From a virus: a stretch of 64,000 bases of DNA. The position numbers were made by a program, and so were the translations under genes. Each line of letters starts with the position of its first letter. Position 1 is the stretch's first letter. Below the pieces are notes generated by a model that was not told the DNA's origin, made no database searches, and saw only the letters and a list, made by a program, of their open reading frames with translations. Below are positions 10,034-19,404 of this stretch, in pieces. The stretch lies in IMG/VR virus record IMGVR_UViG_3300025769_000068; one strand, given 5' to 3'.

Positions 10034-11652
10034 TAATTTTTTCTATTACGCAGCGCTGCCATGTTATTGTAAGCATCTTTGATTCCAAACTGCTGTCTAG
10101 TATTTCTACCGTCAAAACTTGCAGACATCTCATTGTAGTACATCCCGCCAGTTGTAGCTGTAGAACACTCATATATTAAATCTCTTACAAGTCTTGCCTC
10201 CATAAATGAATGAATTTTACTTGGCTCCTTTAGGACATTTGTTATTAACCATCTAGCTAATTCTGAATGTTTAACATTCGGAGGTAATTCTTCAGGCATG
10301 GGGTCTGGTCTTTGTATGTCTATTGGAGACATCCAAGTTTCACTGGATGGTTTTACTTCTACCGTGTCAAAGTAACTTTCCCACACTCTACCAGATTTAT
10401 CCCACTGGAAATGTTCTAGAAAATTATTTCTAGTTTTAAATCCTTGTTGTTTTCTTATTTCTTGCGGTAAATCAAAAAATTCTTTAAACAATTTAGCTGC
10501 TAATTTATTATCAGGCACAGCCCTTAAACATCCAGTTTCTAATTCTTTATACAAAGCCTTGGGAGTAATTGCAGTTCCTTCAAGCTGTCTAATTACGCTT
10601 TCCATAGCTGAGTAGTCTGTAGCCATAACAGGAATTCCACACGCAGCAGCCTCTACTTGTGGTAGACCAAAGCCTTCGCAGTTAGCATATTGAACGTAAA
10701 GATCAAACAAATTTATAATAGTAGATAAATCTTGATAATCTAAACCGTTCTTTACATTAGATAGTGTAGAACCCCACTTGCCAGTATATGGAGACTGAGA
10801 TGAAGCCCCTTTGAAAAGAGAAGGAAATGGCTTCTTAGTTTCTGGACACACATAAGTAAATAGAACGTGAGATGATAGTTGATGTTGCTGTAAAAGCTCT
10901 GGTATTTCCCACCCCAAGTCTGGATAACTTGTATGACAATACAACATATATTCATTTGGGTTTTCAGACTGGTCTAAAAATAATCTAAAAGCTTCAAATA
11001 GGTCTGGATATAATTTTCTTCTTTGGTTTCGCATCACAGTTCCAATAATTTTTTTATCTGGATCTATGCCAAACATTTTTCTTATCGCCAAGCCATTTTT
11101 TGGTTCATACGCTGGATGAGCAGATGGAGGTGCAGAGCCAATATAATTAATCTTACCACCTGATTGATCCTTTAAAACCTCTCCAGCCCAATTAGAGTAA
11201 CTTAAACAAGCATCTGCTGAAGCATATGTAGCTATCCACTGCCTTGCTTGGGGACGAGCATCTACAGTAGGCATAATACACCACTTAAAAAAGTCTCTAT
11301 AAGGAGACCTTTCTGCAAAGTCTAACATCCAAAAATCTCTAATGTCACACACTATATCTGGTTGAAAATCTAAACAGATTCTTTCAAAAGCATGTTCTCC
11401 AAATTGCTTTACAGGGTTAGAGTTATAATCTCTTTTTTCTTCTTCGCTAGCTCCATCTGGAGGCATTACACCATAGAACTTCCAAGGGATTCCAGTAGCT
11501 CTTGGATCATTGTCTTGAGCGTATGCAGCTAGTTCTGCTAGTTCGTACTTGTTTGTTGAATGTAAATAATTTAATATTTCTCTAGTATAAGTAGAATATC
11601 CAGTATTGAGAAATGTGGCCTCTGTGCAAAATATAATTCTTTTTTTTCTCAT
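9994..11652 (-). CDS. Glycosyltransferase family 4
   Basis: RNQRRK; EGFGLPQVEAAACGIPV. Confidence 0.85.
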   Translation of the reverse strand: MRKKRIIFCTEATFLNTGYSTYTREILNYLHSTNKYELAELAAYAQDNDPRATGIPWKFYGVMPPDGASEEEKRDYNSNPVKQFGEHAFERICLDFQPDIVCDIRDFWMLDFAERSPYRDFFKWCIMPTVDARPQARQWIATYASADACLSYSNWAGEVLKDQSGGKINYIGSAPPSAHPAYEPKNGLAIRKMFGIDPDKKIIGTVMRNQRRKLYPDLFEAFRLFLDQSENPNEYMLYCHTSYPDLGWEIPELLQQHQLSSHVLFTYVCPETKKPFPSLFKGASSQSPYTGKWGSTLSNVKNGLDYQDLSTIINLFDLYVQYANCEGFGLPQVEAAACGIPVMATDYSAMESVIRQLEGTAITPKALYKELETGCLRAVPDNKLAAKLFKEFFDLPQEIRKQQGFKTRNNFLEHFQWDKSGRVWESYFDTVEVKPSSETWMSPIDIQRPDPMPEELPPNVKHSELARWLITNVLKEPSKIHSFMEARLVRDLIYECSTATTGGMYYNEMSASFDGRNTRQQFGIKDAYNNMAALRNRKNYWEQKRAEAFGLR

Positions 11653-11966
11653 TCGTCTACATACTCCTGATTACAAATATCAAATTCATTTATTCTAAAT
11701 ATAATTCTGTCGTCATCTTTAGATTTGTTTTTTGCGGAAGCCTGTATAGTCATTTTACTACCTTTAGTAGCAAACCTTTCAATTGTTTCTGCTCCAGTAT
11801 GCCATGCTTCACACTGTAAGTATGTGGGTATTCTACTTTTTTCACCCGTGCTTTTAGCTCTTCTGTAATTATAGACTACTAGCGTAAATTCAGCTAGTAC
11901 TATGTCTCCAACCATAGTGGTGCGTGGATTTTCTACAAGATATCCAGTGAGGCAGCAATTGTTCAT
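11649..11966 (-). CDS. ssb: Single-stranded DNA-binding protein, short
   Basis: MNNCCLTGYLVENP..CEAWHTGAE..KGS OB-fold pattern. Confidence 0.7.
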   Translation of the reverse strand: MNNCCLTGYLVENPRTTMVGDIVLAEFTLVVYNYRRAKSTGEKSRIPTYLQCEAWHTGAETIERFATKGSKMTIQASAKNKSKDDDRIIFRINEFDICNQEYVDE

Positions 11967-12014
11967 ATTCTCTCCTATCCTAGTATATTAGCTTGTACAG
12001 CTAAAAAAAACCAT

Positions 12015-13598
12015 TTAAATTTCATGAATTTTATCTACTATAAGTGATGTTTCATGTTTTGCTACAGAGCCACAGAAAATAAGGTTATTACCTTCATATA
12101 AAACATATTTATATTTTTGCCTAATTTTTGGAAATACTACAACGCTGTCTAATGAACATGTGTCATCTTCAATAGTTAAAAAGGCCATCATTTGACCTTT
12201 TGAATCACCTTTACTTATCGTATAGTCAGCAATTCTTTGTACATTACCTACCACGCAAAGGTTTTTCCCCTTCTTGCCATTGACAATTTCTTTGCACGTA
12301 GTGTTTGCAGCAGATTTATCCGCTGCGTCTATTTTAGTCATTGTAATTGGACACCCTAAAAATCTAGCTTCTTGATCTATAATCCAACCGGGATCGTCAT
12401 CTAGGCTAAAAGGAGGGTCTAGCAGAAGTTGTATCTCATTTTCTACAACTTGCCTTCTTGCTATTTTACTAGTGCCACCACCTTCTTTCTTCGTTGGTGC
12501 TAGTGATTTTAAACAGTCTACAAAATCTGTCCATTTGTTATCTTTATAGTTTGTTTGTATCCAAGTTTGTTCTGCTTTAGTTAAAGTTCTGTATATCTCA
12601 TAATCATATATGGCTTTATTTCTTGTGATTCTACCATCAAAGTCTCTAAAAAAGCCTACAGAAGCTAAAGCCTTGAAAGCTGTTGATGAAACCTTGGGAG
12701 CAAAGAACAATAGTATTTCTACCCAAGTAAATTTAGTTATCAGTTTTTTACATTCTGATTCTACTTCTTTTATACCATCAATAACTTTGTCGCCAGTTTT
12801 ACCTGTTAATGATTTAATATCTTTTATACCAAAGTATATCTTACCCTTTTTAACATTAAACTTAGTATCAAAATTAGCTAGGCTAGGAGTTCTTGCTTCA
12901 ATGTCAAATAGCTTTGCTTCAGACAACAATTCATATACTTCCCTGTGAGGGTCTTGCTTTTCGTTAGCATAGTATAAATATGATAAGAAAAATTGTTCTG
13001 TGTTATGAGACTTTTGAAAGGCGCTCCAGTATGAACAAACAGCGTATGAAATGCTGTGTGATTTATTGAAAGCATACCTAGCAGATGCTTGAATCCAGCC
13101 AAATATTTCTTCTGCTTCTTCTTTATTTACTGTTCCAACTTTTTTTGCACCAGCAATAAATTTTTTCTTAACCTTCGCCATGAGGTCTGCTTTTTTCTTA
13201 CCAATAGCTTTACGTAGTTCATCTGCTTCCTCAAGATTAAATCCAGCAATTTTTTGCGCAATACGCATAGACTGTTCTTGATAAACTAGAACTCCATAGG
13301 TTGGAGCTAAAATTTCCTCTAAAGAGTCATGTAGATAGGTGACTTCTTCTCGACCATGCTTACGGTCGATAAAGTGTTGAGTCATAGACTTACCATCCAC
13401 GAAAGCTTTTAAACATCCGGGCCGTATAATAGCAATTAATGCTGACAATTCTTCAATATTGTTTGGAGAAAGCTTCTTTGACCAAGATTTACCAAGATTG
13501 CTCTCTAGCTGGAATATCCCTTTGGTTTTTCCGTCAGAAAATAATTGCCAAGTTTTCTTGTCGTCGTACTTATTTGACGTATAAATTTCCATTTGCAA
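12015..13598 (-). CDS. dnaE: DNA polymerase III alpha, C-terminal part
   Basis: GIFQLES, RPG, TYGVLVYQEQSM, ADELRKAIGKK, YAFNKSHS; C-terminal OB domain (MAFLTIEDDT). Confidence 0.9.
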   Translation of the reverse strand: MQMEIYTSNKYDDKKTWQLFSDGKTKGIFQLESNLGKSWSKKLSPNNIEELSALIAIIRPGCLKAFVDGKSMTQHFIDRKHGREEVTYLHDSLEEILAPTYGVLVYQEQSMRIAQKIAGFNLEEADELRKAIGKKKADLMAKVKKKFIAGAKKVGTVNKEEAEEIFGWIQASARYAFNKSHSISYAVCSYWSAFQKSHNTEQFFLSYLYYANEKQDPHREVYELLSEAKLFDIEARTPSLANFDTKFNVKKGKIYFGIKDIKSLTGKTGDKVIDGIKEVESECKKLITKFTWVEILLFFAPKVSSTAFKALASVGFFRDFDGRITRNKAIYDYEIYRTLTKAEQTWIQTNYKDNKWTDFVDCLKSLAPTKKEGGGTSKIARRQVVENEIQLLLDPPFSLDDDPGWIIDQEARFLGCPITMTKIDAADKSAANTTCKEIVNGKKGKNLCVVGNVQRIADYTISKGDSKGQMMAFLTIEDDTCSLDSVVVFPKIRQKYKYVLYEGNNLIFCGSVAKHETSLIVDKIHEI

Positions 13599-14250
13599 AT
13601 GCCTTATCTAGTTCAATGTTCTGGTAGACCGCTCTGTGAGTCTTCAATAGTTTTATAAATATATTGGCTGTATCCTTAACGTCCTGCAATGCATCGTGGG
13701 CATTTTCTTTAGACAATCCCATACGTTCTCGCAGAGTATCCATACTGATTGATCGTATGCTGGGATCTCCTTCAGTCCACATATGCATATTGTCCATGAC
13801 ATCACATTTATGGATCTTGCTAAAGATCTTTTGTTGATTTCTACCTTCGTCAAATGGACCATACTCTTGGCATAATCTATTGATAATAATCATATCAAAC
13901 CCAATAATATTAAAGCCTACTGGAATAGGATTAAAGAAGGGGTCTTTTTTCCAATTATACTTGTCTACAAATGAGCAGAACTTTTTCCACACTGATTTTA
14001 ATGTGGGAGCTTTAGCTAAATCTTTCCTATTCTTCCCCGTGACTTTTAGCGCTCCGTCCTCAATTGGATCTAATCCAGCGGCGATTGCGGCTTCATCATT
14101 TAGAATAGGTCTAATTTCGCTGTTAAAAGTTCCTTTCATAGACAAGTTTCTTCCGTCTAATGCTAACGCAGCAATTTGAGTCGGTTGTGTCTTATGAGGA
14201 TTGCGGCTTCCTGTTTCAAAATCAAATACAATATAGTCTCTATTCGCCAT
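13570..14250 (-). CDS. DEDDh 3'-5' exonuclease (DnaQ/epsilon-like)
   Basis: VFDFETG, GFNIIGFD, HDALQD. Confidence 0.85.
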   Translation of the reverse strand: MANRDYIVFDFETGSRNPHKTQPTQIAALALDGRNLSMKGTFNSEIRPILNDEAAIAAGLDPIEDGALKVTGKNRKDLAKAPTLKSVWKKFCSFVDKYNWKKDPFFNPIPVGFNIIGFDMIIINRLCQEYGPFDEGRNQQKIFSKIHKCDVMDNMHMWTEGDPSIRSISMDTLRERMGLSKENAHDALQDVKDTANIFIKLLKTHRAVYQNIELDKAFANGNLYVK

Positions 14251-15808
14251 TTTTTATTTCCTTAATTTTCATGAGTTTATCTAGAAGGTTAATTCCTAGA
14301 ACGTCAAATTTAACATGACCTAGTGCTTCTAGATCTGACATTTCTAATCCTGCTATCTTTTCTGTAGAACCTTTCTGTGCTACCATAGGGCATACATTTT
14401 TTAGTTTATCTTTAGATATTACAACGCCAGCAGCATGTTTACCCTGTGTTTTAAATGTGCCTTCTATGTCAATTGCTTGTTGAAAATATCCTGCATAATC
14501 ACCTTCAAGCTTTCCATCATCAGTGATGTGGCAAAAATCTCTTAGCTCATCTGCACGGTTTATTAGAGACCATCTAATAATTGATCTATCTTCATCGTCC
14601 ATGTCTGCCAGTTGATCAGATATATCTGCTTCATTAGGCACACTCTTAGTTATAGCATTCATTTCACTAAAAGAACAAGCCTCGTTTATACGAAGTACTT
14701 CTTTAATTGCACTACGCCCTTGTAGTCTACCAAATGTAATCATCTGACTCACATGTTCATTACCATAAGTATCTTTTAAATAATCTATAACGTCATCTCT
14801 ACGTTTGCCCGGAACGTCCATGTCGATATCAGGTAAAGACACATGACCGCCTGTGTTTCTACCAGCATTATAGAACCTCTCAAAAATTAGATCATGTTCT
14901 ACTGGATCAATTTTAGTGATGCCAATTAGATAGGATATTAAACATCCAGCAGCAGATCCACGCCCCGGTCCAGCTAAACATCCCATATCTTTTTCTACGT
15001 GTTGAATAATATCTTGCACAATAAGAAAATATCCAAATAGATCAGCATCCTTTATAACTTGTAGCTCTTTCCTAAATCTGTCGCCATAGATTTGCTGTAG
15101 TCCTTCATCATCCCCAACCTTGTCTTTTAGAAAGTTTCTATATCCTTCACGCGCCATGTCAGTTAGATATTCTTCTTGCGACAATCCTCTTGGACATACA
15201 AACTTTGGAAGCATAGGAGGATTTAATATTTCATAATCTTCACACGACTCGTATATGTATTGCAGTTCTTTAGTTGCCTTACCCTTTGTTATACATTTGT
15301 TATCATTAGTAAAGTATTCTAATATCTCTGGCTCTAATTCATTTTTTCTAATCTTGGTTTGTATTTTAGGCAGCGTAGTCTTTAGGGCAGAGCATAGTAG
15401 CACCCTGTGCAGCACTGCTTGTTCTTTTTTAGCATAATAAGATGGCTTGATATTATCTTTAGACTTTGGTAATGCCACAAGATTATTTCTGCTTATAATA
15501 TCTTTAGCAATATCTGTTGGCATATTTCCATCTGTATTAGTCATTGATACCATCTGTATAAGATCGTGCCAGCCATCTTTGTTTTTAGCGTACACTGTGG
15601 TGTTGTCAAATGAACAGCCAATGATTGGTTTGATGCCAACCTTCTTGCAGGCTTGATGGAAAGATACTGCGCCTGATATAGATTTATAATCTGTAATACC
15701 ACAGGCTGGATAGTCATTGTCCGCACAAATCTTTGCAAGTTCGTGCGGCTTAGAGAATCCTTTTAGTAAACTATAATGCGTAAAATTCTTCAATGGAAAC
15801 CAGTTCAA
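14240..15808 (-). CDS. dnaE: DNA polymerase III alpha, N-terminal part (PHP + palm)
   Basis: THYSLLKG, GPGRGSAAG, PDIDMD, HAAGVVIS, KFDVLG. Confidence 0.9.
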   Translation of the reverse strand: MNWFPLKNFTHYSLLKGFSKPHELAKICADNDYPACGITDYKSISGAVSFHQACKKVGIKPIIGCSFDNTTVYAKNKDGWHDLIQMVSMTNTDGNMPTDIAKDIISRNNLVALPKSKDNIKPSYYAKKEQAVLHRVLLCSALKTTLPKIQTKIRKNELEPEILEYFTNDNKCITKGKATKELQYIYESCEDYEILNPPMLPKFVCPRGLSQEEYLTDMAREGYRNFLKDKVGDDEGLQQIYGDRFRKELQVIKDADLFGYFLIVQDIIQHVEKDMGCLAGPGRGSAAGCLISYLIGITKIDPVEHDLIFERFYNAGRNTGGHVSLPDIDMDVPGKRRDDVIDYLKDTYGNEHVSQMITFGRLQGRSAIKEVLRINEACSFSEMNAITKSVPNEADISDQLADMDDEDRSIIRWSLINRADELRDFCHITDDGKLEGDYAGYFQQAIDIEGTFKTQGKHAAGVVISKDKLKNVCPMVAQKGSTEKIAGLEMSDLEALGHVKFDVLGINLLDKLMKIKEIKNGE

Positions 15809-15831
15809 TCTTTCCTCCTCAATTATAAGTT

Positions 15832-15883
15832 GCCAGATAACACTGTGAATCTAGAATGAACTAGATGATGGTTTGAATCTGGC
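15832..15883 (-). ncRNA. Structured guide-like repeat, copy 2 (AACCA / CAGUG)
   Basis: Plus: GCCAGA-TAACACTG-TGAA-TCTAG-AATGAA-CTAGA-TGATGGTT-TGAA-TCTGGC. Confidence 0.85.
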
Positions 15884-15892
15884 TTTGTATGG

Positions 15893-15946
15893 TGACGGAT
15901 GATATCTTGAATCTAGAATTAACTAGATAATAACCTGAATCCGTCA
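15893..15946 (-). ncRNA. Structured guide-like repeat, copy 3 (GGUUA / AGAUA)
   Basis: Plus: TGACGGA-TGATATCT-TGAA-TCTAG-AATTAA-CTAGA-TAATAACC-TGAA-TCCGTCA. Confidence 0.85.
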
Positions 15947-16048
15947 TTGTTTTGGGTTCGCGGGCAAAGGTCTACGCACGGGTTCCTTAGATGTTGGTCT
16001 AGGTTGCCCCGGTGAAGTCAGTGGGAATTTCTTTACTTCTTCGCTCAT
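15944..16048 (-). CDS. Small Pro-rich ORF, 34 aa (MSEEVKKFPLTSPGQPRPTSKEPVRRPLPANPKQ), not in the ORF track
   Basis: Manual translation; overlaps the 3' end of the phosphatase gene; its TGA lies in the outer stem of copy 3. Confidence 0.35.
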   Translation of the reverse strand: MSEEVKKFPLTSPGQPRPTSKEPVRRPLPANPKQ

Positions 16049-16700
16049 TTTTCAATCTTTCCTTTACTTTTGGGAATAAAAATTCTGCAACTATCATCCC
16101 AGCCTTGTTATCTGATGGATAGTGGACTCCCTGTAATATTCTAGCAATTCCAGCTTGTTTTGCCAACTCAAAAAATTCTTTGCGATACTGCGGATATTTT
16201 TCTGAAAACAAGTGCGCTGCAATAGCAGCGTAAATCGTATGACCGCTAGGATACGCAGGTGTATGGTGAGTTTCTGTATACAACACATTAATTTTTGTAT
16301 TCAAATATGGAGCTATTTGTTCAGGTCTTGGTCTATTAAAATAATATTTTAAAGCATACGTGTATGGCTCTACAAGGTTATAATATTGATCAAACTCACT
16401 TCTATTTTCTTTTATGCTTTTGCTTTCTAGAAAATCAAAAAATAAATGCAGAGGATCGTCATCTACTTTATATACTAACTCTACAGCCTTGTTAGATCTT
16501 TTCTTTGTTGCTTCAGCTACTATTTCTAATTCTTTACTGGTAGATAGACTATTATTTTTAGGAGGTTGCGGTAAAATATTTTTCCAATTAATATTTAAAG
16601 CCCCCTGTCCACTTTCGTATACAAAGTCTTTAGAGTATTTTAAATCTTTTAATTTTACTTTAGCGTCTATAATTGCGGCTACATTATTTATTAAGCTCAT
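15999..16700 (-). CDS. PAP2 / acid phosphatase superfamily protein
   Basis: KYYFNRPRP, YPSGH, RILQGVHYPSD. Confidence 0.85.
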   Translation of the reverse strand: MSLINNVAAIIDAKVKLKDLKYSKDFVYESGQGALNINWKNILPQPPKNNSLSTSKELEIVAEATKKRSNKAVELVYKVDDDPLHLFFDFLESKSIKENRSEFDQYYNLVEPYTYALKYYFNRPRPEQIAPYLNTKINVLYTETHHTPAYPSGHTIYAAIAAHLFSEKYPQYRKEFFELAKQAGIARILQGVHYPSDNKAGMIVAEFLFPKVKERLKNERRSKEIPTDFTGAT

Positions 16701-16905
16701 ATTCTCTCTCGCTAAATACTTTTTCTAGTCTTTGTACTAATTTAGTACCAGCCCTACGTCTAAAACATGGCAATAAACCATGTATACATAAATATACACC
16801 AGCTCTTATACATATTAAACCATGACCTACGGCAAATCTAAAATGTTGCCAATAGGTCATGTTATTTTCATTTAGATGCTCATTCCATTTTTTTCTTAGT
16901 GTCAT
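16684..16905 (-). CDS. Small conserved hypothetical protein (DUF6356-like)
   Basis: EHLNENNMTYWQHFRFA..CIHGLLP; start reassigned to the ATG at 16905. Confidence 0.55.
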   Translation of the reverse strand: MTLRKKWNEHLNENNMTYWQHFRFAVGHGLICIRAGVYLCIHGLLPCFRRRAGTKLVQRLEKVFSEREYELNK

Positions 16906-16906
16906 T

Positions 16907-17500
16907 TTACCAAGCCTTACAAGACCAATAGCGAGCTTTCCAACGTGGACCCGGATTGTCGCAGTTATGTCTAGCCCTGAAGGACTTTCTACGTGCTGGA
17001 TTATCTTTTTTGATTTCCATATTAGGATCGCCAAAGTTAACCTTTACTACATTACCCTTATCATTTTTTACGTAAACGCTTCTCTTCTTAGGGCCGTCTG
17101 GAGTTAAGAATGGCTTGCCAATCTTTACCTTTCTGCCTTGATATTCAGCGGCTTTGTTTTTACGAAGCAGCTCAAAATCTTCTTTGTCAATTTTACCATC
17201 TTTGTTTTTGTCAAGAGCCTTCTTTTGTTTTTCAGACGGAGCTGATTGAGCTTTTTTCCAAGCTTCTGGATCTGGCCTGTCCTTATCGCCCTTTTTGGCA
17301 GGCTTATAATTCTTACCTTCACGTTCTTTCTTTTTACGAATATTTTCCCACAGCGATGCAGCGTCATGCTCCTCTACTTCTTCACCAAAATCTTCATATT
17401 CTGCTTCTGCTGGTATGTAAAAATTTTCTTCAGTTAGATTCTCCGTAAAGCCAAACGTGTCAGCATTATACCGTTTGTCAGCATCTTCTAAATTAAACAT
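16907..17500 (-). CDS. Conserved phage protein (DUF6321-like C-terminus) with an EF-hand
   Basis: VKVNFGD..RRKSFRARHNC..ARYWSC; EF-hand DKNKDGKIDKEDF. Confidence 0.6.
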   Translation of the reverse strand: MFNLEDADKRYNADTFGFTENLTEENFYIPAEAEYEDFGEEVEEHDAASLWENIRKKKEREGKNYKPAKKGDKDRPDPEAWKKAQSAPSEKQKKALDKNKDGKIDKEDFELLRKNKAAEYQGRKVKIGKPFLTPDGPKKRSVYVKNDKGNVVKVNFGDPNMEIKKDNPARRKSFRARHNCDNPGPRWKARYWSCKAW

Positions 17501-17513
17501 AAAGACTCTCCTT

Positions 17514-18362
17514 TTAGATTGTTTTTTTAGCTTCTTCCAATAAAAAGTCTAAACTTTTTTGAGGTATTCTTCCAGAAAAATTGTTATATATATCCTTGAT
17601 CATTTGATGTTCGGGGTCTTTGGTAATTTCTAACCATCCTACAAAATAATTCCACACTCTATCTTCTAGGATAAGTGGGTACTTTACACCGTGAGGTCTA
17701 CCAAACCTGTGTAACCAATCAAATCCGGGTAGACATACAGCTTTTCCACCGTTCCTACGGAATTTTTCGTGAATATATCCTTCCTCCCCTCCAAATCCTC
17801 TAAATAGTGGGTTAAAACCTAGCCATGCGCTAGTTCTACAAGAAAATACACCTAATCCTTGCATTGGTATCTCAAATGGCTCCTTTTTGGCTAAATTTTC
17901 GCTGTCTGTAGCCCATTGACCATACATGTCACCTCCCCACGTTGGTTTGAAATGAGTGGAAGGAGACTTAAGATCGTCATAAATTAGAGGTCCATGTATA
18001 ATGTCTTTAGAATAAGGGTTATTTTTATAATATTCAAGTAGATTATCTATAGCATTTTTAAAAAATAGCACATGACAATCCATAGATATGCAGTATTTTC
18101 CAGTAGCATTCTTAAAAATCTCATTTCTTGTAGATGTACTAGCTTTATGTGTAAATGGTATGTATTTACCGTTTGGAACCCACCCATCTATCAAATCTTT
18201 AACGCACTTACCGTGTGGTCCGCTTGGGTTGTTATCTACAACTATGATTTCAACCAGATCTGTATTTACTACGTCGTGATACATTCTAAGAGCCTGCACT
18301 GAAAAGTACACGCCGTCAAAATCATCATACGTAGCCATGCCTATTGTTAATAATTTTTCCAT
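17514..18362 (-). CDS. Glycosyltransferase family 2
   Basis: LTIGMATY, IIVVDNN, MDCH, FRGFGGEE. Confidence 0.8.
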   Translation of the reverse strand: MEKLLTIGMATYDDFDGVYFSVQALRMYHDVVNTDLVEIIVVDNNPSGPHGKCVKDLIDGWVPNGKYIPFTHKASTSTRNEIFKNATGKYCISMDCHVLFFKNAIDNLLEYYKNNPYSKDIIHGPLIYDDLKSPSTHFKPTWGGDMYGQWATDSENLAKKEPFEIPMQGLGVFSCRTSAWLGFNPLFRGFGGEEGYIHEKFRRNGGKAVCLPGFDWLHRFGRPHGVKYPLILEDRVWNYFVGWLEITKDPEHQMIKDIYNNFSGRIPQKSLDFLLEEAKKTI

Positions 18363-18365
18363 ATT

Positions 18366-19403
18366 TTACCCCGGAGCTTCGTAAAAACTAAGATTAAATC
18401 CTTCTTTAGTACAATCTTGTATTGTTTTGTCCATTCCATGATCTGTTACGTGTTGTTCTACGTATTCGCACATGCTTATATCAGTTTCGGGCCATTTAGT
18501 TTTACAAAAATGACACAATCTTGTGCATTTCCAGTGTTTTCTTGTGGAATCTAATGGTTTTGGAACAATATTTTGTCTAATTTCCTGTACTCTGTTTTTT
18601 AACATTTCCAAGAATCTTCCTTCGTCTTCTGGAGAAAAGCATAAACTGAAAGGAGAGGGGTCAGGATTACCATCTTTATCTTTATAGAAGAATATGCTCA
18701 TAATTCTATTTGGAAACTCTGGATATAGTTTTGATATAGCATAATAGTAAAGCAAGAGTTGTGGATCATTTTCTAATTTCTTGTAATCTTTTACCTCTCC
18801 AGTGGTCCAATCCATTCTCCTCCCAGTTTTCCAATCGACTACCTCTATTGTATCATCATTAATTTTAGTTACAAGGTCAATTGTACCTTTAATTGCTATT
18901 TGTCCTTTAAATACCTCTCCGTTTTGTTCATACTCAAACTTAGCCCAATCCTCTTCAATTGGTATATCAAAATGAGGTTCTGGGAAGTGTATATCTCTTA
19001 ACCTTGGATCAAACTGACCGTCACTGTGCTGTAGGAAGCACCAAGCTGTTGTTGCTATTTCTTCTCTATCTTTGCTACTGAACTTGTGGGGTGATTTTTT
19101 GGCATAAGAATCTATGCTAAGATCAATTAATTTATTTACTAATTCGTCAGTATGTAGTTCTTCTTTTCGGCACTTAAATTTACCAATAGCATCGTCATCA
19201 ACCTTTAAGAACTTGACTTTGGGCTTATCTTGTTCATACTTCTTTAATCCAGCCAAGACTTCCATTACCTTATGAACCATTGTACCCATGTCTGCTTTCT
19301 TCCCACTTTTAGACTGATAGCCCAGAACATACGTCATAAAGTATTGCATTTCACAATATCCATAATTATTGTAGCTTGACGATCTAATGTAGGTTATTAA
19401 CAT
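18366..19403 (-). CDS. PD-(D/E)XK exonuclease, RecB/Cas4-like
   Basis: GTMVHKVME, KGTIDLV, VVDWKTG, QLLLYY, C-terminal Cys cluster. Confidence 0.8.
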   Translation of the reverse strand: MLITYIRSSSYNNYGYCEMQYFMTYVLGYQSKSGKKADMGTMVHKVMEVLAGLKKYEQDKPKVKFLKVDDDAIGKFKCRKEELHTDELVNKLIDLSIDSYAKKSPHKFSSKDREEIATTAWCFLQHSDGQFDPRLRDIHFPEPHFDIPIEEDWAKFEYEQNGEVFKGQIAIKGTIDLVTKINDDTIEVVDWKTGRRMDWTTGEVKDYKKLENDPQLLLYYYAISKLYPEFPNRIMSIFFYKDKDGNPDPSPFSLCFSPEDEGRFLEMLKNRVQEIRQNIVPKPLDSTRKHWKCTRLCHFCKTKWPETDISMCEYVEQHVTDHGMDKTIQDCTKEGFNLSFYEAPG

Positions 19404-19404
19404 G

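Noticed and set aside
13570-14250. Split intein in DnaE
   Set aside because: No intein terminal motifs; the intervening ORF is a complete DEDDh exonuclease.
15832-15946. Plus-strand reading as box C/D (UGA..UGA) K-turn RNAs
   Set aside because: Wobble pairs, gene orientation and the promoter all favour the minus strand, and TAA is more common than TGA at the first box. Not fully excluded without RNA data.
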